A stretch of DNA of 14,939 nucleotides from a virus. Taxonomy: Duplodnaviria; Heunggongvirae; Uroviricota; Caudoviricetes. Of the stretch, positions 1 through 7,528 are shown one piece after another. The translations under genes and the position numbers were made by a program. The stretch's first letter is position 1. Each line of letters starts with the position of its first letter. A model generated the notes under the pieces. The model did no database searches, was not told the origin of the DNA, and saw only the letters and a program-made list of their open reading frames with translations. The stretch lies in the IMG/VR virus record IMGVR_UViG_2695420456_000009; one strand, given 5' to 3'.

Positions 1-110
1 CAGCTTCGGCTTTGAACTCTTTAGAGTAACGTTGGGTTTTTCTGCTCATTATTAGCTCCTTCTGATGCCATTCTATTTCAGGAAGGAGTGTCCGTTAAAC
101 TCAGGCTACC
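1..110 (-). mobile_element. IS3-family insertion sequence, left end with start of orfA (truncated by window edge)
   Basis: Reverse complement of 1..48 translates MSRKTQRYSKEFKAEA, the typical start of an IS3-family OrfA; AGGAG RBS (rc of 55-60) sits upstream. Minus strand then reads TGAG... near 103-113, consistent with a TG-initiated terminal inverted repeat. Exact IS boundary not resolved. Confidence 0.6.
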
Positions 111-1361
111 TCAGGCTAGTGCTTTTTCCAGACCAGAAAGTTTGTTTGCGCGACCGTATTTTTCGCCATCCTTGTCGGTGAAGAGGAAGTAGAACGGCCC
201 CTCACGCTCTACAGATGGTTCGACTTCCACTTTGCATTCGGTTTTTTCGTTGCCCGGAATTGCCGTTTCCACTGCATCAGTTTCTGGTACTGGCGACGAG
301 AGAGTATCAGTTGCGCTCTGATTTCTTCCTTCATCTTCAAACACGCCCTTTGTAGTCAGGTATTCAGTAATGTATTTGTTCAGTGCCACAGGGTCTTTGT
401 GAATGTCGATCGGACGTTCACGGACAAGGCCAAAAATAGTCTGGCGGTCGTAGCGAAGGGCATCAGGCTGTTTGCGCATTGATGCCGAGATACGCTTCCA
501 GTCTTCGCGGTCGTTGTCGATAACTTCATTTTTTGCCCAGCGATGGATGCTGCCGTCAATGTTTCCGGCATCCACATCACCAGGCCAGAGAGCGTAGGCC
601 AGTTCTTCATCCAGCGTTTTCCATGTCTGCTTGTATTCGCGACAAATGGCGGCAGTGACTGGGTTGATTTTTCCTGCTGAGTTTTCAGTGTTCTGTTGAT
701 TGACTCTGGCGCTGGCGAGATCAACAACAGACGTGTATTTTCCAGTCTCTTTGCGCTCTGCGTCCTGCCGTTTTTTCCAGTTACGTAATTCAGCCTGAAT
801 TTCGGGCCATTTGGCACCCGGATTACATTTGTGTTTAACCCATCCGATAGCGAACAGTTTGCGTTCCGGATACATAGCGTTAATTTCAGGCGTTTTCATC
901 AGTGCTTCAACGATATGCCCGTCAAAGGTAGCAACGTCTTCCTGCAGTAATTCCTGCGCGTCAATCGCCATATCAACGGTGATGTTTTCACATGTACCGA
1001 ACTTAACCAGGACCGCGTTCTGTACTTCAAGGGACAGCTTGTCAAAATTGACGTTCATCGGATCGGATTCTGGTTCGACCGGAATAAAGGAAGCGGATTC
1101 CTCATCCCAGCGGTTTTCCTGCATATATTCAGCATCCCAGGAATCGAGGGCAGGGCGGGGTATACCGGGTTTATCCTCGCAGACAAGAAATTTATAAGCG
1201 CAGTCCTGAGCAGCCGGATAATGTTCCAGGAATTGCCAGTGAAATTTTGCGCGGGCGCGACGTTCATCACCGGCTTCAATGGCAGTGGCTACAGCGACGG
1301 CACCTTCTTCCTTTATTGCCTGTTCGTCCGGAATGGCGGCGCAAATAAAGACTTTACTCAT
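111..1361 (-). CDS. hypothetical prophage early-left protein, 416 aa, acidic C-terminal half
   Basis: Long uninterrupted minus-strand ORF with ATG start; sits at the distal end of the dicB operon where K-12 Qin carries ydfE. No catalytic motif recognised. Its stop codon lies at or inside the putative IS terminus, so the C-terminus may be IS-derived. Confidence 0.7.
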   Translation of the reverse strand: MSKVFICAAIPDEQAIKEEGAVAVATAIEAGDERRARAKFHWQFLEHYPAAQDCAYKFLVCEDKPGIPRPALDSWDAEYMQENRWDEESASFIPVEPESDPMNVNFDKLSLEVQNAVLVKFGTCENITVDMAIDAQELLQEDVATFDGHIVEALMKTPEINAMYPERKLFAIGWVKHKCNPGAKWPEIQAELRNWKKRQDAERKETGKYTSVVDLASARVNQQNTENSAGKINPVTAAICREYKQTWKTLDEELAYALWPGDVDAGNIDGSIHRWAKNEVIDNDREDWKRISASMRKQPDALRYDRQTIFGLVRERPIDIHKDPVALNKYITEYLTTKGVFEDEGRNQSATDTLSSPVPETDAVETAIPGNEKTECKVEVEPSVEREGPFYFLFTDKDGEKYGRANKLSGLEKALA

Positions 1362-1456
1362 TTTGTTTTAACCTCATTACAGATTTCAGGGTGAACGAAT
1401 CCCTGCCATTGCTGGCATTTTTAATCCGTTGGTATGGCGTTAATATGGCTGGCGGG

Positions 1457-1645
1457 TTATCCAGCCGGTATTTCGTTATTCAGGTTCAGCGATACTTTTT
1501 TTAACGGGAGGCATTCACCGGGGATTTTTTGTTCGTCCCTTACCTGAATGCAGGATGACTTACTGTCATAAATTCCGGTAATCACATTTTGTGGCTCACC
1601 CGTTATAAGAAAAACGGTCATCACCAGTGCAAATGCTGAAGTCAC
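1457..1645 (-). CDS. ydfD: YdfD-like small membrane/lysis protein (62 aa)
   Basis: Protein MTSAFALVMTVFLITGEP...EQKIPGECLP...NNEIPAG matches my recollection of Qin YdfD (hydrophobic N-terminus, EQKIPG and EIPAG motifs). Start overlaps dicB stop in an ATGA arrangement. Confidence 0.75.
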   Translation of the reverse strand: MTSAFALVMTVFLITGEPQNVITGIYDSKSSCIQVRDEQKIPGECLPLKKVSLNLNNEIPAG

Positions 1646-1830
1646 TGCTGTTCTCCGATAATACCAAGTTCAAGAAGGGCAATTCTGGAAAGTATGGAAT
1701 TATCATTGAGAAGATAAGGTTCATATTTTCTCATCTTAATGGCATCTTCCGTAAACTCCCGGTTACTGAGCAGAACACCAATATCAAAACAACCTTCAGA
1801 CGTATTAACGTTTGGTAATAACGTTTCCAT
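1642..1830 (-). CDS. dicB: DicB cell-division inhibitor (62 aa)
   Basis: N-terminal sequence METLLPNVNTSEGCFDIGV...FTEDAI is near-identical to remembered K-12 DicB (MKTLLPNVNTSEGCFEIGV...FTEDAI); C-terminal third diverged. Lies immediately downstream of DicF, as in Qin. Confidence 0.85.
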   Translation of the reverse strand: METLLPNVNTSEGCFDIGVLLSNREFTEDAIKMRKYEPYLLNDNSILSRIALLELGIIGEQQ

Positions 1831-2004
1831 TATCGCGTCCTAAACAATGAATTTTGTGATGCGGTGCCTGGTGCCTCCAGGTGACGTTAACCAGTTAACA
1901 ATTAACGCCGGATACAGAGAATCCACCCATAACACTGTTTTTGGTTTTAACTGTTCCGCGTGCGCTCAGCCGCATTCACCACATCACAAAATTCACTTTA
2001 AAAA

Positions 2005-2057
2005 GGGCGGCAGAGCAGTCACGGAGTAAAACTGATACCGCCAAACGTCACCAGAAA
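2005..2057 (-). ncRNA. dicF: DicF small RNA (53 nt, antisense regulator of ftsZ and other mRNAs)
   Basis: Minus strand reads TTTCTGGTGACGTTTGGCGGTATCAGTTTTACTCCGTGACTGCTCTGCCGCCC followed by TTTT, matching my recollection of DicF. A 9-bp inverted repeat GGGTTGTCA/TGACAACCC at 2083-2118 could be the RNase III processing stem. Confidence 0.85.
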
Positions 2058-2390
2058 ATTGATAACAGAGGGCGTTGCAGCGGGGTTGTCACTTAAGCGT
2101 ATGGTCAACCTGACAACCCGGTGTCCTCAACGGGGAAGGAATAACCCCTCCATACTTACCGCCGCGCCATTTCGCGGATTGCCACAACCGGAAGCGCACG
2201 GTCGACGAAAATTTAACGACAGGCTATCTATGAACCAGCTACCTCGCCGTGCGCTTTCGCGTTATGGTCTGACTTTTCAGAGAAATATCCTTTCAGTAAA
2301 CTGTCAGTGCCGGATGTTCACCCGTGTCCGGCGCACGCACTCCACTTCACCCGTGGAGAACTCCTTAATTACCAACCCTCAGGAGGGTGA

Positions 2391-2624
2391 ATGTTAAAAT
2401 CAACTCTTATTGCTAAATGCCTTTATCAAAATCGCATGGTAAGCAGCATTTCAATAGGCGAGTCTGCAGTTAAAAGTATTTTCGAAGAGTACTTTCCCGG
2501 GCATGATTTTAATAAATGGAATACCAAATTACCGCCAGCAGTTTCAACGCGTATTCTGAAAGCAACCGAAAGAGCAAGTACAATTCGCGTTAACTATTTC
2601 ATTAAAGATTTGTGGGATCTTTGA
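2391..2624 (+). CDS. hypothetical protein, 77 aa, antisense to the dicB operon
   Basis: ATG preceded by strong RBS AGGAGGGTGA; an ORF of this length in AT-rich sequence is unlikely by chance. 3' end overlaps the convergent 135-aa gene by 23 nt. No family recognised. Confidence 0.4.
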   Translation: MLKSTLIAKCLYQNRMVSSISIGESAVKSIFEEYFPGHDFNKWNTKLPPAVSTRILKATERASTIRVNYFIKDLWDL

Positions 2625-3009
2625 TATCCACAGAGCCTAAAGTATGTGCATATGGATGTGCTATTATGCGCCCTCGCAGATTTGCATCATTTTCTAAATT
2701 CACTGAACGAAACAGGGCATCAACAAGGCTCTGTACAATGCAAAGGCAATCGAAGACTGTCGCCGTTTCTGTTTTGATTGATGAAAGAACATGGCCATTC
2801 ACGCAAACAGAAATTACCCGTTTATTAACATCGCTTTCCTGCTTTTGATTATCAGAACCATATAGCCCAGAAAAAGCATTGCGCACATTACGAACCATAT
2901 TATCGATGGTTTCTTTTTCTGCGGTACTAAGGTCAAGAGTAGCCAGTTGTGAACGAACTATATTCGATGCCATTTCCTGTAATGGCGTTGGTAAATCTTT
3001 AAATTCCAT
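2602..3009 (-). CDS. hypothetical protein, 135 aa, extra gene between ydfC-like and dicF
   Basis: ATG start with GAGG RBS 24 nt downstream of the YdfC-like stop; lower-GC sequence than neighbours; no motif recognised. Confidence 0.65.
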   Translation of the reverse strand: MEFKDLPTPLQEMASNIVRSQLATLDLSTAEKETIDNMVRNVRNAFSGLYGSDNQKQESDVNKRVISVCVNGHVLSSIKTETATVFDCLCIVQSLVDALFRSVNLENDANLRGRIIAHPYAHTLGSVDIKDPTNL

Positions 3010-3031
3010 TATTAGCCTCGTTGGTTAGCTA

Positions 3032-3250
3032 TTAACGTGGGTATGTAATCATTCTGGCAATGCTTAATGCCGCTGCTTTTTCCAGATTGGTGATATCCTG
3101 CTCCAGAGCGGACAGATTTTCAGCCTGCTTAGCCCTGGCTTCATTGGCCCATTTCAGGTCCTGCACCGCCTTAATTTTCTGGTGCATCCACTCATAAAGT
3201 TCATCATCGGTATAGTCTGGCGCGATGATGACGGGGTCTCGTTTCTGCAT
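3032..3250 (-). CDS. ydfC: YdfC-like protein (72 aa)
   Basis: 72-aa ORF, same length as Qin YdfC, ATG with AGGAG RBS; position in the dicA-proximal part of the operon. Assignment by position and length only. Confidence 0.6.
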   Translation of the reverse strand: MQKRDPVIIAPDYTDDELYEWMHQKIKAVQDLKWANEARAKQAENLSALEQDITNLEKAAALSIARMITYPR

Positions 3251-3322
3251 GTCGGCTCCTTGTGGTTAGCGTTGCCTGCTTTTTAACCACGTCAGGCGAG
3301 GTGGTATCCTCTGAGGGGTCTG

Positions 3323-3679
3323 TTACTCGAGAGGAAATTGGTTATGAATACAATCAAGTTTTCTTGCCCAGAATGTGGTGGCTAAGTCTTTGACACATCC
3401 TTTAAGCCGCAGGGCTCTGACAGTTTCGCGGGAGCCATCTGCAAAAATTGTGGTCACCTTGTAACTGAAGATGAGTCCTCGCAGTTCGATGACGAAATCG
3501 TTGACAATATCTTCGGTGCACTCACCAGAGACTTTCTGAAGTAAAGGCGCATACCGCTTAGTTACCGCTCTGATAACTCTTACCTGTCCGGCAATGGCGC
3601 TGATATCAATATAAAGCGCCATCGCTGTTTCTTTGCTGATCCCTGGACGCCTTCCATTCTGATGTTTGACTTCGCCCAC
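3323..3679 (-). CDS. hypothetical protein, 118 aa, first gene of the leftward operon (ydfA/ydfB position)
   Basis: GTG start with AGAGGA RBS; first ORF downstream of a TTGACC promoter-like element in 3680-3886. May be the intact form of the short K-12 ydfA/ydfB ORFs (inference). Confidence 0.55.
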   Translation of the reverse strand: MGEVKHQNGRRPGISKETAMALYIDISAIAGQVRVIRAVTKRYAPLLQKVSGECTEDIVNDFVIELRGLIFSYKVTTIFADGSRETVRALRLKGCVKDLATTFWARKLDCIHNQFPLE

Positions 3680-3886
3680 TGAGAAATCCTCTGCTTCCCC
3701 TTAACGCCGGGTAGCGGAACTGTTTGCTGAGAACACCGTGCGGTGTCTTGATGAGTAGAATTTAGAATAGCCTAAGAGTTATGGTCAAGCTTTTTGTGTA
3801 GAAAAACCTAAGCTTCTTGATGTAAAAAACACAAGTATTTGAAAGTTTGTGCTTTTTATTACAGAGAGTTGCGAAAAAAAGGGGGG
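3680..3886 (-). promoter_or_regulatory. early-leftward promoter/operator region between dicA-like stop and the 118-aa ORF
   Basis: Minus strand contains TTGACC followed about 18 nt later by TAAATT; CCTAAG motifs at 3771-3776 and 3808-3813 resemble the repeats in the dicA-dicC intergenic region. Confidence 0.3.
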
Positions 3887-4294
3887 TTATTTATTTGCGC
3901 TTCTTTTGCGAGCTTTGAGTAGTTCTTCAAAAAGTTTGTTGAAATTCTCAACTCGAGCACGCATCTCTGACAACAGAGCCTTTTGCTCTGACTCAGGCAG
4001 TGCGTCGAACAGTTGAAGCAACTCTTTTTGATCTTCTGTCAGATTGACTGGCTGATTATCTGGGATCGGTTCGCCTGGTTGCTTATCTTCATCTCCAAAA
4101 AGAAGCCAAGTCGGCGAGCACTGAAGCGCCTGGCTCAGTGCGAATAATCTCTTCCCCGCTGGCTGTGTTTCATCTCTTTCCCATTGAGAAATTGTTACGT
4201 GAGCCACTTTGACCAGCTTACCTAATGCGGCCTGAGACAGTTTTAATTTTTTTCGCCTGTATAAGAGGCGAGCACCGAAGGTTTCGTTTTTCAT
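3887..4294 (-). CDS. dicA: DicA-like prophage repressor (HTH XRE family, 135 aa)
   Basis: Protein ...LYRRKKLKLSQAALGKLVKVAHVTISQWERDETQPAGKRLFALSQALQCSPTWLLFGDEDKQP...NFNKLFEELLKARKR matches remembered DicA in length and sequence; divergent from a Cro-like gene. Confidence 0.85.
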   Translation of the reverse strand: MKNETFGARLLYRRKKLKLSQAALGKLVKVAHVTISQWERDETQPAGKRLFALSQALQCSPTWLLFGDEDKQPGEPIPDNQPVNLTEDQKELLQLFDALPESEQKALLSEMRARVENFNKLFEELLKARKRSANK

Positions 4295-4370
4295 ATTAGG
4301 TAATTCTAATTTTTCTTGGCTTAGGTTTCTCTACGACCTAGTTTCCTTAGGAAAATCTAAGGGGTTCGAT
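4295..4370. promoter_or_regulatory. divergent promoter/operator region of the immunity switch
   Basis: 76-bp intergenic region carries CTTAGG (4320-4325), CCTAG (4336-4340), CCTTAGG (4345-4351) and CTAAGG (4357-4362), mutually inverted half-sites plausibly bound by the DicA-like repressor. Confidence 0.5.
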
Positions 4371-4598
4371 ATGTTGAAAATTGATGCTATAGCGTTTTTT
4401 GGCAGCAAAACAAAGCTTGCCAATGTCGCAGGAGTTAGGCTGGCAAGCGTTGCTGCATGGGGGGAACTGGTTCCTGAAGGTCGCGCGATGCGCCTGCAAG
4501 AGGCATCCGGCGGGGAACTTCAGTACGACCCCAAAGTTTATGACGAATATCGTAAGGCAAAGCGGGCGGGGCGGTTGAACAATGAAAATCACCACTGA
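4371..4598 (+). CDS. dicC: DicC-like Cro-type regulator (75 aa)
   Basis: Protein MLKIDAIAFFGSKTKLANVAGVRLASVAAWGELVPEGRAMRLQEASGGELQYDPKVYDEYRK resembles remembered DicC; RBS AAGGGG; divergent from dicA-like. Confidence 0.8.
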   Translation: MLKIDAIAFFGSKTKLANVAGVRLASVAAWGELVPEGRAMRLQEASGGELQYDPKVYDEYRKAKRAGRLNNENHH

Positions 4599-5133
4599 AC
4601 AGGTTTGTGAGGCTCTGGATACCTGGGTATGCCGACCAGGAATGACACAGGAGCAGGCGACGATATTAATCACGGAAGCATTCTGGGCTCTGAAAGAACG
4701 CCCGAACATCGATGTTCAACGCGTCACGTTTAATGATGGCGAGGTTGATCAACGGGCGCTGGGCGTTAACCGGGTGAAGATATTCGAACGCTGGAAAGCT
4801 ATCGACACCAGAGATAAGCGTGACAAATTCACGGCGCTGATTCCGGCAATTATGGAGGCTATCCGGATCAGCGATTTCAGATTGTATTGTGAAATTACTG
4901 ACGGAAAAAGCATTACGTACATGATCGCCGGGTTAAACAAAGAATATGGCGATGTGGTGGAGTCCGGGCTGCTTTTTGCGGATCCAGTTGTTGTGGAACG
5001 TGAGACTGACGAGCTTATAGAAAAAGCTATTGCTTTCAAGCACGCGTATCGTCAGCAATACCAATATTACTTTGCAGATAAACAAATGTCTGCCAGGGGT
5101 TCGTATGAGTATCGATGCACTACGATGGGCTAA
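4582..5133 (+). CDS. hypothetical early protein, 183 aa (cII/YdaT position)
   Basis: ORF directly after the Cro-like gene with 17-nt overlap and preceding the replication initiator. Function not recognisable from sequence. Confidence 0.6.
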   Translation: MKITTEQVCEALDTWVCRPGMTQEQATILITEAFWALKERPNIDVQRVTFNDGEVDQRALGVNRVKIFERWKAIDTRDKRDKFTALIPAIMEAIRISDFRLYCEITDGKSITYMIAGLNKEYGDVVESGLLFADPVVVERETDELIEKAIAFKHAYRQQYQYYFADKQMSARGSYEYRCTTMG

Positions 5134-6145
5134 AAAGGTGAAAACCGGCAGTTCATCCAGTAAGTCAGTATTGACCTGGCTTGCTGATATGTGCGGTGCC
5201 GATTTGTGTGCATACCCGTCTGTATCTGCACTGGCAGAAGTAACGGAACTGAACAAAAAGACTGTGCAGGACAGCTTACGACACCTGATGGAGATTGGGT
5301 TAATTGTTGATACCGGTGAGAGAAAAGGCAGAACAAAGCAAATTGTGGTGTACCGACTTATCGGTGTAGAAGAAAGTGTTGCCGAGCCTGAATACACCCA
5401 AAAACGGGAGTCTTTAAAGGTGGGTAAAATTGGTGCTGTTAATAAAAACAGTACCGAAAATGGTTATGTTTCAGCACAAAACAGACCCAAAAACAGAACT
5501 CTTAGCTGCATGGAAAATAACCAAAGACACCCAAATTTTCCATCAAAGACACCCAAAAACGGATCACGGAACCCAAAGGAACCCAAAGATCTAAACCCCA
5601 CACATAACGCACGCGAGAGTGCTCCGACCAGTGAGCAGGAAGTTTTGTCGTTACAGGCAGCCCCCCCTGTATTCCTGTATGGCCTGAGCGAACCCATCGG
5701 AAAATTCCCGATGAGCGATAGCTGGTATCCGTCACGGGATTTTCGACGACGGGCTGCGTTGTGGGGGATGGCTTTGCCGGAGACAGAATTTACACCTGCT
5801 GAACTTGCCGCCTTCCGGGACTACTGGGCAGCGGAGGGGAAAGTGTTTACGCAGATTCAGTGGGAGCAGAAATTCGCCCGTCACGTAAATCACGTCAGGG
5901 CGCAGGTTAAACCAGTCAGCAAAGGGGTAAACCATGCAGCAGCACCAGGTGGCACCGCATCACGGGCAGTTCAGGAAATTCGGGCAGCACGTGAGCAGTG
6001 GGAACGTGAAAACGGATTTATCAGCGACGGAAACGGCCTGGAAGCTGTGGGAACTCATGGGGGTGGTTTATTCGAACCGCTGGATCCAGAAGAACGGGGC
6101 CGCACCTTCGAAGCTCTGGATTGCACAGATTGGCGCGATGACTGA
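5105..6145 (+). CDS. phage replication initiation protein (lambda O-like, N-terminal HTH)
   Basis: Preferred start ATG 5105 with RBS AGGGG 6 nt upstream (track ORF opens at 5030). N-terminus MSIDALRWAKKV...SVLTWLADMC...PSVSALAEVTELNKKTVQDSLRHLMEIGLI is a typical replication-protein HTH; iteron cluster lies inside the gene as in lambda O. Confidence 0.8.
   Translation: MSIDALRWAKKVKTGSSSSKSVLTWLADMCGADLCAYPSVSALAEVTELNKKTVQDSLRHLMEIGLIVDTGERKGRTKQIVVYRLIGVEESVAEPEYTQKRESLKVGKIGAVNKNSTENGYVSAQNRPKNRTLSCMENNQRHPNFPSKTPKNGSRNPKEPKDLNPTHNARESAPTSEQEVLSLQAAPPVFLYGLSEPIGKFPMSDSWYPSRDFRRRAALWGMALPETEFTPAELAAFRDYWAAEGKVFTQIQWEQKFARHVNHVRAQVKPVSKGVNHAAAPGGTASRAVQEIRAAREQWERENGFISDGNGLEAVGTHGGGLFEPLDPEERGRTFEALDCTDWRDD
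5481..5590. repeat. iteron array, candidate phage origin of replication inside the O-like gene
   Basis: Direct repeats of an ACCCAAA core: CAAAGACACCCAAA at 5521-5534 and 5546-5559, GGAACCCAAAG at 5569-5579 and 5578-5588, and a degenerate copy at 5481-5496. Confidence 0.7.
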
Positions 6146-6599
6146 GCAGCAAATCCGGCAGGTCTGCCGCCAGTGCATGGACCGCTGCCGGGCGGGTGAA
6201 ACATGGCCTCCGGACCTGGCTGAGTTTGTGGCACTGATTTCGAAAAGCGGAGCCAATCCATTCGGTCTGACGGTGGATGCTGTGATGGAGGAGTACCGCC
6301 GCTGGCGCAATGAGTCCTGGCGATACGACGGAAGTGATAAGTACCCGTGGTCTCAGCCTGTGCTGTATCACATTTGCCTCGAGATGCGTTCAAAGGGGAT
6401 TGAGCGCCAGATGACCGAAGGGGAATTAAAACGGCTTGCAGAACGGCAACTGACGAAATGGGCAAAGCATGTTAGTAACGGCCTGAGCGTTCCGCCAGTC
6501 CGGCGACAACTGGCGGCCCCCAAACGCCCGTCGGGGCCAACGCCAATTGAGTTGCTGAAACAGGAATATGAACGCCGGAAAGCGGCTGGTTTTGTTTGA
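6138..6599 (+). CDS. replication protein P-like helicase loader
   Basis: C-terminal 150 aa align by eye to lambda P (FVALI / YPW / ELKRLA blocks). Start ambiguous: ATG 6138 overlaps the O-like stop in ATGACTGA; alternatives are ATG 6057 and ATG 5934 (track ORF). No Walker motifs, so P-like rather than DnaC-like. Confidence 0.7.
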   Translation: MTEQQIRQVCRQCMDRCRAGETWPPDLAEFVALISKSGANPFGLTVDAVMEEYRRWRNESWRYDGSDKYPWSQPVLYHICLEMRSKGIERQMTEGELKRLAERQLTKWAKHVSNGLSVPPVRRQLAAPKRPSGPTPIELLKQEYERRKAAGFV

Positions 6600-6632
6600 G
6601 TTGAGAAGTGATTTTTTACCGGGAGGAAATTT

Positions 6633-7367
6633 ATGGAGACTGTTTTTGACGCACTGAAAGCGATGGGAAAAGCCACGTCGGTAGAGCTGGCTGCGCGACT
6701 TGATATCAGTCGTGAAGAAGTACTGAACGAGCTGTGGGAACTGAAAAAGGCTGGCTTCGTTGATAAAAGCGTATACACCTGGCGTGTGGCTGATAACAAC
6801 GTTCAGCAGGAACAGCCAGCGCCAGAAGAAACCACCACGGCAACAGAAGCGAAAATCTCAGAGTGCGATTTAACCGCGACGATTGAACAACGCGGACCAC
6901 AAACGGCGGATGAACTGGCTACGCTGTTCGGTACAACATCCCGCAAAGTTGCTTCAACGCTGGCAATGGCAATCAGCAAAGGTCGTCTGATTCGCGTAAA
7001 CCAGAACGGTAAAATTCGTTACTGCATACCAGGTGATAATTTACCAGCAGAGCCGAAAGTTGAATCGGTAGCGGAAACCGATGGTAAAGCCTTTCCTCAG
7101 CCAGCCGGTGTTGCGTTACCGGTACAGAAAGATGCAACACAGGAAGATATTAAAACAGAAACTGTGGCGGACATTGTGCAGTCGCTGCCATCGTTTACTG
7201 CAACGCGAGAAGATGATTTGATTTTGCCATCGCTGCATATGGCAAATCGCGAACTGCGTAGGGCGAAGAATCATGTCCAGAAGTGGGAGCGAGTCTGCGC
7301 CGCGCTGCGGGAGCTGAACAAGCACCGGGATATGGTTGCCGGGATTTGTCGGAAGTCCGGGCAATGA
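6633..7367 (+). CDS. hypothetical protein with N-terminal winged-helix DNA-binding domain (244 aa)
   Basis: ATG with RBS GGAGG; N-terminus [43 protein letters not shown] has a winged-helix pattern; acidic low-complexity middle. Confidence 0.7.
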   Translation: METVFDALKAMGKATSVELAARLDISREEVLNELWELKKAGFVDKSVYTWRVADNNVQQEQPAPEETTTATEAKISECDLTATIEQRGPQTADELATLFGTTSRKVASTLAMAISKGRLIRVNQNGKIRYCIPGDNLPAEPKVESVAETDGKAFPQPAGVALPVQKDATQEDIKTETVADIVQSLPSFTATREDDLILPSLHMANRELRRAKNHVQKWERVCAALRELNKHRDMVAGICRKSGQ

Positions 7368-7528
7368 GCGGATGGTGCAGGCCTGAAATCATGATACTAA
7401 CAATGAAGGTAAAATGCATCGGCAGTCTGATTGGTCGTAGTGAGGCGGCGGTCAGGATGAAAGCCCAGGTTAAGGGAATAAGCCTGATTCTGCGGGGTGA
7501 TTTTCACCAGTCAACAAAATATCCGTAG
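7364..7528 (+). CDS. hypothetical small basic protein (54 aa)
   Basis: ATG overlaps the upstream stop as ATGA (translational coupling); the track's longer form 7283..7528 overlaps the upstream gene and is less likely. Confidence 0.35.
   Translation: MSGWCRPEIMILTMKVKCIGSLIGRSEAAVRMKAQVKGISLILRGDFHQSTKYP

Noticed and set aside
380-1279. Track ORFs 380..817 (-), 811..1197 (+) and 1055..1279 (-) inside or opposite the 416-aa gene
   Set aside because: All lie within the long 111..1361 ORF in other frames or on the opposite strand, with low-complexity Ser/Thr/Arg-rich translations and no RBS; taken as shadow ORFs.
1627-2029. Plus-strand ORFs 1627..1818 and 1847..2029
   Set aside because: They are antisense to dicB and to the DicF region respectively; both of those minus-strand features are strongly supported by sequence.
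2059-2397. 112-aa plus-strand ORF, and the idea that this GC-rich structured region is a retron msr/msd or other novel ncRNA
   Set aside because: The translation is Arg-rich with no RBS, typical of a spurious ORF. The hairpins are better explained as the precursor/leader of DicF, which is RNase III-processed; no reverse transcriptase gene is adjacent.
4347-6900. Numerous minus-strand and off-frame ORFs across the dicC-O-P region (e.g. 4347..4709, 4749..5039, 4933..5397, 5464..5735, 5732..5935, 6021..6465, 6368..6799, 6706..6900)
   Set aside because: Each overlaps a well-supported plus-strand gene (Cro-like, 183-aa, O-like, P-like) and gives low-complexity, Cys/Arg/Ser-rich translations without start signals.
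7116-7419. Minus-strand ORFs 7116..7364 and 7195..7419, and the 81-aa form of ORF 7283..7528
   Set aside because: They are antisense to, or overlapping, the winged-helix gene; the shorter 7364 start with ATGA coupling is more plausible than the 81-aa extension.
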